Assembly: GCA_002011125.2 (NCBI GenBank)
Contig: MTMF02000008.1
Location: 1 to 64,000 of the forward strand
Source of the DNA: Candidatus Hydrothermarchaeum profundi
GTDB taxonomy: Archaea; Hydrothermarchaeota; Hydrothermarchaeia; Hydrothermarchaeales; Hydrothermarchaeaceae
Length of the DNA: 64,000 nucleotides
Direction of reading: 5' to 3'
Below, piece by piece: positions 45,910-55,773 of this stretch (the stretch's first letter is position 1; each line of letters starts with the position of its first letter). The translations under genes and the position numbers were made by a program. The notes below the pieces were generated by a model. The model searched no databases. It saw only the letters and a list, made by a program, of their open reading frames with translations, and was not told the origin of the DNA.

Positions 45910-46261
45910 AATTCTAAAAAATCCAAAGCATATGGGAAAAATAGAAAGCCCAGATGGGGTTGGGAAAGTGACTCTTGGTGAACCTCATTGTGAGGATGAG
46001 GTATGGTTTTATATTAAAGTAAAGGATGATAAGATAGTGGACGCAAAATTCGAAGCATTTGCATGTGCGCCAGCTTTAGTTACAAGTAATATCGCGGCAG
46101 AGCTTGCTTTAGGCAAAACAATAGGCGAAGCTAAAAAACTTAGTAAGATGGATGTGTCGTCCTACTTAGGAGGGATTCCTCAGATAGAGAGAAAATGTGC
46201 CGACTTAGGAACTGATGCGCTTAAAGCTGCTATTAACGATTATCTTAAAAGAGGACAGTAA
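45887..46261 (+). CDS. Divergent second IscU-like scaffold
   Basis: NPKHMG, EPHCED, FACAPA, IPQIERKCA; three Cys kept, His and LPP motif lost. Confidence 0.8.
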   Translation: MISQKIVKILKNPKHMGKIESPDGVGKVTLGEPHCEDEVWFYIKVKDDKIVDAKFEAFACAPALVTSNIAAELALGKTIGEAKKLSKMDVSSYLGGIPQIERKCADLGTDALKAAINDYLKRGQ

Positions 46262-46467
46262 GATATAGGTCTTTAACTCCATAATTTTTGAAAATCTTAA
46301 AAGTGATCGACGGACGAAGTCAGGTTTAGGCATATTATTTAGTTGTTTTTGATATTTTATTTTGTATGAATACCTAGTTTATTATTTTCTCGGTTTTCTG
46401 TAACCGGAAGCTATAAATGAGTACGAAATTAGTTTAATGCACTTAATTAATTAAATTGGTGAAATAA

Positions 46468-46674
46468 ATGAATATGTCTCCAAGCCCTCGGCGAGAACCT
46501 ACAACTACGATAACGGTCAGCGTTACAACTGCTGAGAAAATCCGAAAGTTAGTTGGTGAGATGCAATTAAGGACAGGTAAAAGTGTAACCCAAAGGATGG
46601 TCATTGAAGCAGCTTTGGAGGCATATATTGAAAAATTAAGGGAGGATAAAAAAGATGATGTTTGGAAACTTTAG
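46468..46674 (+). CDS. Small hypothetical protein (possible RHH-like)
   Basis: TTTITVS strand then two helices; RBS GGTGA. Confidence 0.45.
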   Translation: MNMSPSPRREPTTTITVSVTTAEKIRKLVGEMQLRTGKSVTQRMVIEAALEAYIEKLREDKKDDVWKL

Positions 46675-47011
46675 TTTTTGGAATTTGTTCCACCGTACCC
46701 CTAATTCACCTGAATTTGAGAGGTGGCATGAGGGGTCTTTAGGTGTTTGGGATATAAGTAGAATGCCTTCTAGAGATCTCGAAACTCTAAGCCGAACTTT
46801 AAATTATAAGCTGAAGGAGAAGCGATCAGAGTTTAAAAAGCTGGCAAAAAAAGCTAACATAAAAATAGACGAGAACGCAATTCACAGAGAAATCCAGGAA
46901 ATATTAGATATGGATTCCGAATCCTTAGACGCTTTACAGAGGGAATTAGAAAGAAAATTAAGGAAAAAAAGAGCCGAATTTAACCAACTTGTAGGGGGAT
47001 ATTGGGGGTAA
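46655..47011 (+). CDS. Hypothetical protein with internal helical repeat
   Basis: LETLSRTLNYKLKEKRSEF versus LDALQRELERKLRKKRAEF. Confidence 0.5.
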   Translation: MMFGNFSFWNLFHRTPNSPEFERWHEGSLGVWDISRMPSRDLETLSRTLNYKLKEKRSEFKKLAKKANIKIDENAIHREIQEILDMDSESLDALQRELERKLRKKRAEFNQLVGGYWG

Positions 47012-47016
47012 GTTTT

Positions 47017-47511
47017 TTATATCTCCTTAATCCCCATTTTCGACTTTACCAAGACTTTTCCATTTTCCGTGAAAAAAGTTACTGATCTTCCATAGTCTCC
47101 TCCGATATCAGTTGCTATTATCTTGATTCCTTCATTTTTAAGCGCTTTTGTAACTGCGTTAGTATTTCTTACTCCAATATCAAATATCGGGTCGTTTGTT
47201 CCGTTATTATAGAACATCGTAGCGCCTCCTGCAATCTTTGCTACAATTCTTCTTTTCAAAGCTCCTTGTTCTATCATTTCATCAAGTGTAACACCGATTG
47301 CAGTATCAGCGAACTTTGATGGTTTGAATTTTTTCGTCTTTGATATAGAACTATCCGGTAACATAACATGAATTAAACCCCCTAATTTAATGGCTGAGTC
47401 ATAAAGACACACACCAACACAAGATCCTAGGCCAATAGCTGTAAGTATACGTGGGCAAGATGCTACTTTATAATCTCCAATTCCAACTGTTTCAATTAAT
47501 GATGTGGACAT
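47017..47511 (-). CDS. cheD: Chemoreceptor glutamine deamidase
   Basis: GLGSCVGVCLYD, HVMLP, KFAD, AKIAGGATMF, IGVRN, DIGGDYGR. Confidence 0.95.
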   Translation of the reverse strand: MSTSLIETVGIGDYKVASCPRILTAIGLGSCVGVCLYDSAIKLGGLIHVMLPDSSISKTKKFKPSKFADTAIGVTLDEMIEQGALKRRIVAKIAGGATMFYNNGTNDPIFDIGVRNTNAVTKALKNEGIKIIATDIGGDYGRSVTFFTENGKVLVKSKMGIKEI

Positions 47512-47599
47512 CTACTCCTCTTCTCTATTAATATATTAAGAGATTTTGAAATTTTTATGTATAAGGGAAATAATCTATATACGAGTATATATTAAAGCT

Positions 47600-48250
47600 T
47601 CAATCTCCTTCCATACCGAGCGCTTTTAATATTTCAGAAAATGCCTCTGAATCGAAGAAAGCGATAAAGTTACCCATAGCAGATTTTGATTCCATTATGA
47701 ACTCAGTTTCAATAACAAGAGCGTTTTCGACTCTTTGTGCCAAGTCCACCTGTAGTACTTCAATTATCGCACCGGCCATGTCATAAGTGATGTGTGGTAT
47801 GGAAGGTAAGAGATTCATACCCGTAAATGTGCTTAATGCAGTTAAATAAGAGCTAGCCAAAATATTTCCTAATTCCTGCAGTGCTGATTTTTTTTCTTCG
47901 GTAATAAAGTCAGGGTCGTTTTCTTTTCCAAGTAGGGTATTCGATAAAAACAGTGCTTGTTCCTTAGAAAAAGTAATTAAAAGGTTTCCATTAATATTGC
48001 CCAATATTTTAAAATAAGCGCCCACTATGATATCTTCTGGGTCACCTATCAATTTCGATAGTTCTTCTATAGGAGCTACATAGGCTCTAGGTACACGTAT
48101 TTTAACGTTCTTCATTACCATCTGAGAAAGAGCACTAGAAGCATTGCCAGCTCCAATATTCCCTACTTCTCTAAGAGCATCTAACTGTTTTTCGCTCAAC
48201 TCCTCTATCTTCAATTTATTCCACCTCGCTTGTAAGGGAAGCCGTATCAA
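47600..48250 (-). CDS. cheC: CheY-P phosphatase
   Basis: DALREVGNIGAGNA and SALQELGNILA repeated motifs; DMAGA. Confidence 0.93.
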   Translation of the reverse strand: MIRLPLQARWNKLKIEELSEKQLDALREVGNIGAGNASSALSQMVMKNVKIRVPRAYVAPIEELSKLIGDPEDIIVGAYFKILGNINGNLLITFSKEQALFLSNTLLGKENDPDFITEEKKSALQELGNILASSYLTALSTFTGMNLLPSIPHITYDMAGAIIEVLQVDLAQRVENALVIETEFIMESKSAMGNFIAFFDSEAFSEILKALGMEGD

Positions 48251-50078
48251 TTATCAGGGCCACTCTTCCATCCCCTAAGATTGTGGCTCCCGAGAAACCT
48301 TTTGTTTCACTGAACATTTCTCCTAATGACTTAATAACTATATCTTGCTGTGATATTAGTTCATCAACGATAAGACCCGCTTTCTTATCTCCTTTCTCCA
48401 CTACTACCACCGAATAACTGTCTTTAGATTCCTTCTCAGTATATTTTTCAAGCTTAGTTAAAGGAATCACTTCGTCGTAGATCTTTATTACCGGCCGATT
48501 TCTTATTGTCTTAACGTCACTTTTCTTAACACTAACTATTCTGTCTACATTAAGTAAGGGTATTGCATAGATTTCTCCATTTATTCCAACTAATAAAGCC
48601 TGTATTATAGCCATAGTTAAGGGTAGCTTCAATATGACTCTAGTTCCAACATCAACGGTTGACTGTATTTCTACGCTTCCTCCTATTCTCTCGATTTTTG
48701 CCTTAACTACATCCATTCCAACTCCTCTGCCAGAAATATCCGTCACCTTCTCGGCTGTACTAAACCCCGGCCTGAAAAGTAGGTTAAGAGCTTCTTTTTC
48801 ATCTAATTTAGAAGCCTCTTCTTCAGTAATTATTTTCTTTTTTACCGCTGATTCTTTAACTTTATCTATGTTTATTCCCTTGCCATCGTCCTCAACGTAG
48901 ATTTCTACATGGTCTTTCTCTCTAACCGCTTTTACCTTGAGCTTTCCAGTTCTACTTTTTCCTTTTTTCTCTCTTGTATCAGGGTCCTCGATACCATGAT
49001 CTATTGCATTTCTAATAAGGTGAATCATTGGCTCGTCAATTTCATCTAGAATTGTTCTATCAACTTCAATCTCTTTCCCCTCAATTTCGAAGTCTACTTC
49101 TTTTCCTCTTTTTCGTGCTATATCCCTAACTGTCCTAGGGAACCTATTGAAAATCTTTTCCATAGGAACCATTCTCAATTGCATCACTTCATACTGTAAA
49201 TCTCCAAGGAGCCGATCATATATTGCTATAGGGCCCTCTAGTTCTTTTAAATTGTATTTCCTTACTACTTCTTTTATAGTTGCTTTATTGATGATTAATT
49301 CTCCTACGAGATTTACCATCGTATCAAGACGTTCAATATTAACTCTTAAACTCTGGGTAGCTACTTTGGCTTTGGGCGTGGCACCTTTCGCTGATATAGT
49401 TTCTTTTTTAACTAATTCTTCCTCTGTTAAAACTTCAACTTTTGATACTTCAGGCGTAGTTTCAATAATTTTGGCTATTTTTTCTTTCTCTGCGTCAGTG
49501 GATAGCGATATCCTCATTTCAAATCCAGAATTCTCGCTCTCGAATTCATCGATTCTTGGTTTTATATCTAGAACTTCTCCCACTTTTTTCAAATTATTGA
49601 CAACAATAAATGCTCTAACAGACTTTAACTGACATTTCTCGCTTAAATGAACGATTACTCTGTATTTTTTTAATGGTTTTTTCTCTGTAGACGATTTAGT
49701 ACCTCCCCTGTACCCTTCTAACTTTTCTATTACAGATGAGATATCAATATCCACTTCTCCCCCAGAGGAAATTTTATCGAGAAATTCTTCAAGGAGATCT
49801 AATCCCTCAAATAGAATATCCACAATATCCGATCTGGCCTCTATTTTCCTTTTGCGTATTTCATCTAGAAGGTCTTCTATCTTATGGGTTAATATCTGTA
49901 TTTTTTCAAAACCCATCGTAGCAGCCATACCTTTCAAGGTATGCATAGAGCGAAAGATCTCATTAATAACCTCTATATTCGAAGGGTTTTCCTCCAGAGC
50001 TACGATGTGATTATTTAGGTTATCTAGATGCTCACGAGATTCATTAATAAAGAGGTCCAGATACTCCTCATTCACCAT
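48216..50078 (-). CDS. cheA: Chemotaxis histidine kinase
   Basis: FRSMHTLKG Hpt, P2, HLIRNAIDHGIE, GFSTAEKVTDISGRGVGMDVV, CheW domain. Confidence 0.97.
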   Translation of the reverse strand: MVNEEYLDLFINESREHLDNLNNHIVALEENPSNIEVINEIFRSMHTLKGMAATMGFEKIQILTHKIEDLLDEIRKRKIEARSDIVDILFEGLDLLEEFLDKISSGGEVDIDISSVIEKLEGYRGGTKSSTEKKPLKKYRVIVHLSEKCQLKSVRAFIVVNNLKKVGEVLDIKPRIDEFESENSGFEMRISLSTDAEKEKIAKIIETTPEVSKVEVLTEEELVKKETISAKGATPKAKVATQSLRVNIERLDTMVNLVGELIINKATIKEVVRKYNLKELEGPIAIYDRLLGDLQYEVMQLRMVPMEKIFNRFPRTVRDIARKRGKEVDFEIEGKEIEVDRTILDEIDEPMIHLIRNAIDHGIEDPDTREKKGKSRTGKLKVKAVREKDHVEIYVEDDGKGINIDKVKESAVKKKIITEEEASKLDEKEALNLLFRPGFSTAEKVTDISGRGVGMDVVKAKIERIGGSVEIQSTVDVGTRVILKLPLTMAIIQALLVGINGEIYAIPLLNVDRIVSVKKSDVKTIRNRPVIKIYDEVIPLTKLEKYTEKESKDSYSVVVVEKGDKKAGLIVDELISQQDIVIKSLGEMFSETKGFSGATILGDGRVALIIDTASLTSEVE

Positions 50079-50088
50079 CTTTCTGGCC

Positions 50089-51168
50089 TCATGTTAAGAA
50101 ACTTAACATAGTATCAGATATTTTATCTAAGGGAACAACTTTATCCACAGCACCCATCTCAATCGCAGCTTTTGGCATGCCAAATATTACACAGGATGAT
50201 GGATCCTCAGCGATAGTCTTCCCATTTTTTTCCTTAATGGCTAGCATACCTCTAGCGCCATCTATCCCCATCCCAGTCAACAGTACTCCCATAGAATCAG
50301 GGCCATACACCTCAGCCACCGAGGTCATTGTAACGTCTACAGAGGGTCTAACCTTATTCACCTTGGGAGTTTTTGCCAGTCTAATAATACCCCTCTGAAG
50401 GAGGCTGGCATCTTTTTTCTCCACAGTCATGTGATAGTCGCTAGGGGCGACAAAGATCCTTCCGGGTTTAATTTCATCTCCATCTATGGCTTCCTTAACA
50501 GGCAATTCACATACTTCATTTAGTCTCTCAGAAAAAGACTTGGTGAAACCGACGGGCATATGTTGAACTATTAAAAAGCAGGCAGGTACATCTTTTGGAA
50601 TCCTGGAAAGAACCTTCATTACAGCTTTTGGGCCTCCAGTTGAGGCTCCTATCGTTATAACTTTGAATTGTTGAGTGACGAATCTAGGTCCTCGGGTCAC
50701 ATAACTCTTTTTTGATGGCATATACTGTAAACGCTTGACATCCACAGTAGCAGCCATCCTTATTTTGTCGATTAATTCTCCTTGGGTTTCTTCATCAAGT
50801 AAAGTAGCTGTCTTGCCTCCTGTTTTCGATACGAAATCAACTGCCCCAAGTTCAAGGGCTCTGACTACTATATCCGCCTCTCTCTTATCCATAGCACTGA
50901 GCATTACAACAGGAGTAGGAAACTTATTCATAATATGGGCAAGAGTTTCTAGCCCGTCCATCTTAGGCATTTCAATGTCAAGTGTAATGACATCCGGTTT
51001 TAATTCGCTAATTTTTTTTAAGGCATCTTCTCCATCCCTAGCTGTACCCACTACTTCTATGGAGGGGTCCGCTTGGATGGTGTCTGAAATAACTTGCCTC
51101 ATAAATGTAGAATCATCTACAACCAGCACTTTTATTTTTGACAAGTTATACACCTTATGGAGCTTCAA
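50089..51168 (-). CDS. cheB: Protein-glutamate methylesterase
   Basis: REC domain; GASTGGP, VQHMP, RPSVD, LTGMGIDGA, FGMPK. Confidence 0.97.
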   Translation of the reverse strand: MKLHKVYNLSKIKVLVVDDSTFMRQVISDTIQADPSIEVVGTARDGEDALKKISELKPDVITLDIEMPKMDGLETLAHIMNKFPTPVVMLSAMDKREADIVVRALELGAVDFVSKTGGKTATLLDEETQGELIDKIRMAATVDVKRLQYMPSKKSYVTRGPRFVTQQFKVITIGASTGGPKAVMKVLSRIPKDVPACFLIVQHMPVGFTKSFSERLNEVCELPVKEAIDGDEIKPGRIFVAPSDYHMTVEKKDASLLQRGIIRLAKTPKVNKVRPSVDVTMTSVAEVYGPDSMGVLLTGMGIDGARGMLAIKEKNGKTIAEDPSSCVIFGMPKAAIEMGAVDKVVPLDKISDTMLSFLT

Positions 51169-51520
51169 GCACTTTTTTAATAGTCTCCATGACCATTACG
51201 GGCTGAAAGGGTTTTACAATATAGTCCCTTGCTCCCGCCTGTAGAGCATCAATCACCATTTGTTGCTGTCCCAGGGCACTACACATTACAATCTTTGCAC
51301 TCGGGTCCTCTGAAATAATCTTTTTAGTAGTTTCTATTCCATCCATACCCGGCATTACAATATCCATAGTTACCAAGTCTGGATGTAGGGCTTTATATTT
51401 TAATATAGCTTCCTCACCACTCCCAGCTTCTCCCACTACTTCATGTCCATTCTTTGTCAAAATATCCTTTAGCATGTTTCTCATGAACGCAGCATCGTCG
51501 ACAATCAAAATTCTAGCCAT
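51155..51520 (-). CDS. cheY: Chemotaxis response regulator
   Basis: VDDAAFMR, TMDIVMP, CSALGQ, IVKPF. Confidence 0.95.
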   Translation of the reverse strand: MARILIVDDAAFMRNMLKDILTKNGHEVVGEAGSGEEAILKYKALHPDLVTMDIVMPGMDGIETTKKIISEDPSAKIVMCSALGQQQMVIDALQAGARDYIVKPFQPVMVMETIKKVLEAP

Positions 51521-51528
51521 TCTATCAC

Positions 51529-52002
51529 CTACTGGATTTCCTTAACTTTTGCAACCTCTTTTGGAGTTAATATTTTTGCTAGGTCTAGGAGAATAATTAG
51601 TCTATCTCCGTATTTCCCAACTCCTTTCAAATATTCAGCCTCTATCTCTGTAGAAATTGATGGAGTCGGATCTATATCCTTCACATTCATCCTTAAGACC
51701 TCTGATACTGAATCGACGATCATGCCTACTACTGTGTTTTCTACTTCTACTATTATTATTCGAGATGATATATCCTCGCCAGACTCCCCTTTAAGGCCAA
51801 GTCTCTTCTTTAAGTCTAATACCGCTGTTATTTGCCCTCGCAGATTTATTACACCCTCTAAAAAAGAAGGTGCTTTAGGTATTCTAGTTATCCTTGTCTT
51901 TTTAATAATCTCTTTCACTTGATTAATCTCAACACCGTACTCCTCCTCATTTAATTTGAAAACCACTAGCTGGATCTCTTCTCCCGTATCCCCATCCATC
52001 AT
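51529..52002 (-). CDS. cheW: Chemotaxis coupling protein
   Basis: QLVVFKL, GVINLRGQI, VGMIVDSVSEV. Confidence 0.95.
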   Translation of the reverse strand: MMDGDTGEEIQLVVFKLNEEEYGVEINQVKEIIKKTRITRIPKAPSFLEGVINLRGQITAVLDLKKRLGLKGESGEDISSRIIIVEVENTVVGMIVDSVSEVLRMNVKDIDPTPSISTEIEAEYLKGVGKYGDRLIILLDLAKILTPKEVAKVKEIQ

Positions 52003-53861
52003 TATGCCTCTTTTTCTATCTTAAATTTCCCAACTAACTCGTCAAGTTTAGAAGCTAAGTTAGCTAGTTCTTGAGCGGCCGCGGTCATCTCTTCTACACT
52101 AGCAGTTTGTTCTTCTGCCGCTGCACTACACTCTTCTGATCCTGCGGCTGCTTCCTCGGCCCCTGCCGCTATATCGTCGATAGCTCTAACTACTTTTTCC
52201 GAAGCCATACTCTGTTCTTCAGTAGCGGCGGATATCTCACCTACACGGCTTGTAAGTTCTTCCACAGAGTTTAATATATTCTCTAGGGCCCCTAGTGCCC
52301 TATTCACAACGTCGGCAGCTTCATCTACTTCCCTAGAACTCATATCCATAAATTTCACCGATTCTTCAACGTCCGTCTGGATTTCTCTTATAATCATTCT
52401 TATTTGTTCTGCCGCTTTTCCAGAACCTTCAGCAAGTTTTCTTACTTCCTCTGCTACAACAGCAAACCCCCTCCCATGTTCACCTGCTCTCGCCGCCTCA
52501 ATAGCTGCATTCAAGGCAAGTAAGTTTGTTTGTTCTGCAATATTTGTTATAAGGTCAACGATCTCTACTATTTTCTTGGATCTTTCTCCTAACTCTCTTA
52601 CAGCCGTAGCCGTTTGGTTAACTACTTCTGTGGTTTCTCTCATTTTCTTTATAGCTTGTTTAGCGGCTTCTCCACCTTCTTTCGCATTGGAGTTAGCTTC
52701 TTCAGCAACTTCGGCAGCTGCTTGTGCTCCCTTGGCAATGCTTTGGGCCATTTCTGCGATCTTTTTCATTTCTCTTGAGGCCAGATTCATTTGATTGACT
52801 TGGTCTTGTGCTCCCTGAGCAATTTGCTGGACGCTGGAGGAGATTTCTTGGGCCGAGGCATTCACTTCAGTGCCTGTAGTTGCTAAGTTTTGGGAAGTTG
52901 TTGCAACCGTTTTGGCGGCTGCTTTTACTTCTGCTATTAGGTTTCTCAAACTGGCCACCATAGTGTTGAATCCATTTATCAATTTTCCGATAGCATCGTC
53001 TCTTTCAGCAGTTATCTCGTGGGTAAGGTCTCCTTCTGCTGCATATGTGACAACAGGCAATAAGCGGTTAACTTGCGTTTCGAGATAATTTTTAGTATCT
53101 TCTATCTCCTTTTCTTTCTCCTTTATTTCACGAAGATCTGTGGCAAGCTTTATTACTCCAACACAGTTTCCGCTAGCATCTTTAAGAGGAGAAGTGCTAA
53201 TCTTCACAGGAATCTTTTCGCCATTTTTAGATTTTAATAAGACCTCCCGGGTAAGAGTTTCCGCCTCGCCTCTAATGACCTTAAAAGAAGAGCAGTTCGG
53301 CGTATGGCATGCTGATTCCATCCCGTCATATTCTGTGAATTCGTAGCAATGTTTTCCTATGATTTCCTGTGGAGTAAATCCAAGCAGCTTAGTAGCTGCA
53401 GGGTTCCAGTGGGTTACCACGAGGTCTTTATTTGTTATGTATAGCGCCTCTCCTACGCCCTGCACTATAGAGTTTGTGCTTTCAAGTGAATCAAGAAGTG
53501 ACCACACCATTTTTTTAGTGGCATCAGCTAGAATACCTATTTCATCCGATGATTCTTCGACTTGGATCTCATAGTTTAGATTTCCATTAGCTATCTCCCT
53601 GGCAGCGTTAGTTAGTTGTATTATCTGTCTTGCGATATTTCTTGAAAAGATATAGGCAAGTATTATAACGGCTACTAACCCACCGATATTCAGAAATATG
53701 AAGAGGTCTTTCAGAAATCCGCTTGGGACGAATGTGAATGTAAGGAAGCCAACCAATAAAACAGGAGGTAAAGCTAATACCAAGAATCCTAGAATCAGCT
53801 TGTTTTTGAGTTTCATATTTATAAAAAATTTTTTATAAATTTTCCATGTAATGTCTTCCAT
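52002..53861 (-). CDS. Methyl-accepting chemotaxis protein (2TM hairpin, HAMP, PAS, HAMP, MA)
   Basis: [38 protein letters not shown]; [14 protein letters not shown] with CY...ACHTPNC. Confidence 0.95.
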   Translation of the reverse strand: MEDITWKIYKKFFINMKLKNKLILGFLVLALPPVLLVGFLTFTFVPSGFLKDLFIFLNIGGLVAVIILAYIFSRNIARQIIQLTNAAREIANGNLNYEIQVEESSDEIGILADATKKMVWSLLDSLESTNSIVQGVGEALYITNKDLVVTHWNPAATKLLGFTPQEIIGKHCYEFTEYDGMESACHTPNCSSFKVIRGEAETLTREVLLKSKNGEKIPVKISTSPLKDASGNCVGVIKLATDLREIKEKEKEIEDTKNYLETQVNRLLPVVTYAAEGDLTHEITAERDDAIGKLINGFNTMVASLRNLIAEVKAAAKTVATTSQNLATTGTEVNASAQEISSSVQQIAQGAQDQVNQMNLASREMKKIAEMAQSIAKGAQAAAEVAEEANSNAKEGGEAAKQAIKKMRETTEVVNQTATAVRELGERSKKIVEIVDLITNIAEQTNLLALNAAIEAARAGEHGRGFAVVAEEVRKLAEGSGKAAEQIRMIIREIQTDVEESVKFMDMSSREVDEAADVVNRALGALENILNSVEELTSRVGEISAATEEQSMASEKVVRAIDDIAAGAEEAAAGSEECSAAAEEQTASVEEMTAAAQELANLASKLDELVGKFKIEKEA

Positions 53862-54022
53862 ACTATCCTCTCCTAATTAGCCCTTCGTATTTATACCTCT
53901 ATTTAATGTTTTCCAAAAAAAAGACGATTTTTCTTCAGATTTCATATCCTCTCTCCTAATTTCCCTTCAGGTCCTCCTATTGTATTTTGTTTATATTTTT
54001 GATAATTTATTATATAAATTTC

Positions 54023-54316
54023 TTAAGGTAAAACCCCCAGCCCCAGGATACCCCAAAGGATTACGAGAGCACCGGCAATTCGTATAACTGTCTCAGCCAT
54101 TCCTTTACCGATAAATATAAGCAGTAACCCTACTATTAGGGGTATTATAGTATTTTCATTAGCTATTTCGTGAGTAGAGAAGTATTTCACTCCTCCATAA
54201 CCAACAAAACCAAGGCCAACCAATTTTACAAGAAATCCTACTATCCGAGAGGCTATAAAAATTAAAGCGATTCCTATAATTATCTTGATAATTGAAGATT
54301 CAATAAGGACAACCAT
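54023..54316 (-). CDS. Small membrane protein
   Basis: Hydrophobic Gly/Ile-rich 97-aa ORF. Confidence 0.55.
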   Translation of the reverse strand: MVVLIESSIIKIIIGIALIFIASRIVGFLVKLVGLGFVGYGGVKYFSTHEIANENTIIPLIVGLLLIFIGKGMAETVIRIAGALVILWGILGLGVLP

Positions 54317-54365
54317 TTTAGTAGGGAATATTTATTAAGGTGTATAAAAATACCTTTCGGTCTGT

Positions 54366-55121
54366 ATGATTAAAGGAGTATTCTATATCGAAGCTCAAGG
54401 GAATAATGAGCGGCTTGTGAGAGATTCTATAAAATCCCTAGCAGAAAAGATTCGAAGAGACAAAGATATCAAAGTTGAAAAAGAGGACTTTGGTGAAGTC
54501 ATTGAAGATAACGGAAATTTTTCATCAACTCTAGAAGTTGAGCTTGAGTTCTCTAGCTTCCAGGCATATGTTATTGCCTCTATAAATTATGGGCCGTCAG
54601 CGATTGAAATTTATGAGCCTGAAAATCTTAAATTAAGCTCAAAGGAATTCTTAAAAGCAGTGGGGGAAGTAATTAGAATTTGTAAGACTTTTTACGATAA
54701 ATATAAAGTTAGATTCGAATTTTCAGGAACAGAAGTAAAGGAAGTAGGGCTTACTGATGACGAAATCGAGGAACTAATTGATCAAGGTGGCATAAGAGCG
54801 AAAATTGTTGTAGAAGGAACGGGTAAAAATAGGAGAGAAGCAATTAGGCGCTTTTTAGCCTCGCTTCCTGAGGATGTAGCTGTAAATAAGGTTAAAAGTA
54901 AAAAAGTTGAAAGTGAAACACCCTTCAGCGGTGTTATAGGTATAGATGCTATACTCTATAGCCCTACAACTCTTTTTGATATAGCTGTTAAGTATACTCC
55001 CGTACTAATAAATATAATTGAACCCAGCGAGGTAAAGTTAAGTATACTGGATATTCAAGACATAGGCGTTGAGCTAGCAGGTGTATTTTTTGAGATAGCT
55101 TTCAATCTAGCGAAACCATAA
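54366..55121 (+). CDS. Archaeal-type hypothetical protein with tandem duplicated domain
   Basis: INYGPSAIEIYEPENLKLS versus VKYTPVLINIIEPSEVKLS repeat. Confidence 0.65.
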   Translation: MIKGVFYIEAQGNNERLVRDSIKSLAEKIRRDKDIKVEKEDFGEVIEDNGNFSSTLEVELEFSSFQAYVIASINYGPSAIEIYEPENLKLSSKEFLKAVGEVIRICKTFYDKYKVRFEFSGTEVKEVGLTDDEIEELIDQGGIRAKIVVEGTGKNRREAIRRFLASLPEDVAVNKVKSKKVESETPFSGVIGIDAILYSPTTLFDIAVKYTPVLINIIEPSEVKLSILDIQDIGVELAGVFFEIAFNLAKP

Positions 55122-55131
55122 TAACTCTGGT

Positions 55132-55761
55132 ATGAATTTTTTTAAGCTTATGAGGTTTGACCTTCATATTCACAGCAGATATTCAAAAGACAGCAATCTC
55201 CATCCCAAGGTGATTTTGAACACAGCTAAGTTAAGAGGATTAGATGGCATTGCAGTAACGGATCACAATACGATAAAGGGAGGAGTAGAAGCAAGTAAAA
55301 TAGCGGAAAATATTGAAGTAATAGTAGGCGCTGAAATAAAGACAAATAAGGGCGAGATAATAGGATATTTTTTAAACGAGGAGATAAAATCTAGGAGCTT
55401 CTGGGAGGTAATTGACGAGATGAGATCTCAAGGTGCAATGATCAGCATACCTCACCCCTTCGATTTTTTTAGAATAAACAGATTAAGATTTAACGAAGAA
55501 ATGCTTAAAGCGGTGGATGCTATTGAAGTAATAAATTCCAGATGTGTTTTTGATAAGTTTAACAGAAAAGCATTAGAACTTGCAGAGAAATATGGCCTAA
55601 GAAAGACCGCTGGAAGTGATGCTCATAGCGTAGATGAAATAGGGGCGTCTGGAGTAGTGGCAGATTCCATAAATGATATAATTGAAGGTAGAATAAGTTT
55701 TTTTGGGGGCAGGACCTCTGCTATGGATCTCATATTTACCCGGATTAAAAAAAATAAATGA
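55132..55761 (+). CDS. PHP-domain metal-dependent phosphoesterase
   Basis: DLHIHSRYS, AVTDHN, GAEI, PHPF, AGSDAH. Confidence 0.9.
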   Translation: MNFFKLMRFDLHIHSRYSKDSNLHPKVILNTAKLRGLDGIAVTDHNTIKGGVEASKIAENIEVIVGAEIKTNKGEIIGYFLNEEIKSRSFWEVIDEMRSQGAMISIPHPFDFFRINRLRFNEEMLKAVDAIEVINSRCVFDKFNRKALELAEKYGLRKTAGSDAHSVDEIGASGVVADSINDIIEGRISFFGGRTSAMDLIFTRIKKNK

Positions 55762-55773
55762 GAGGAAAAAAAT

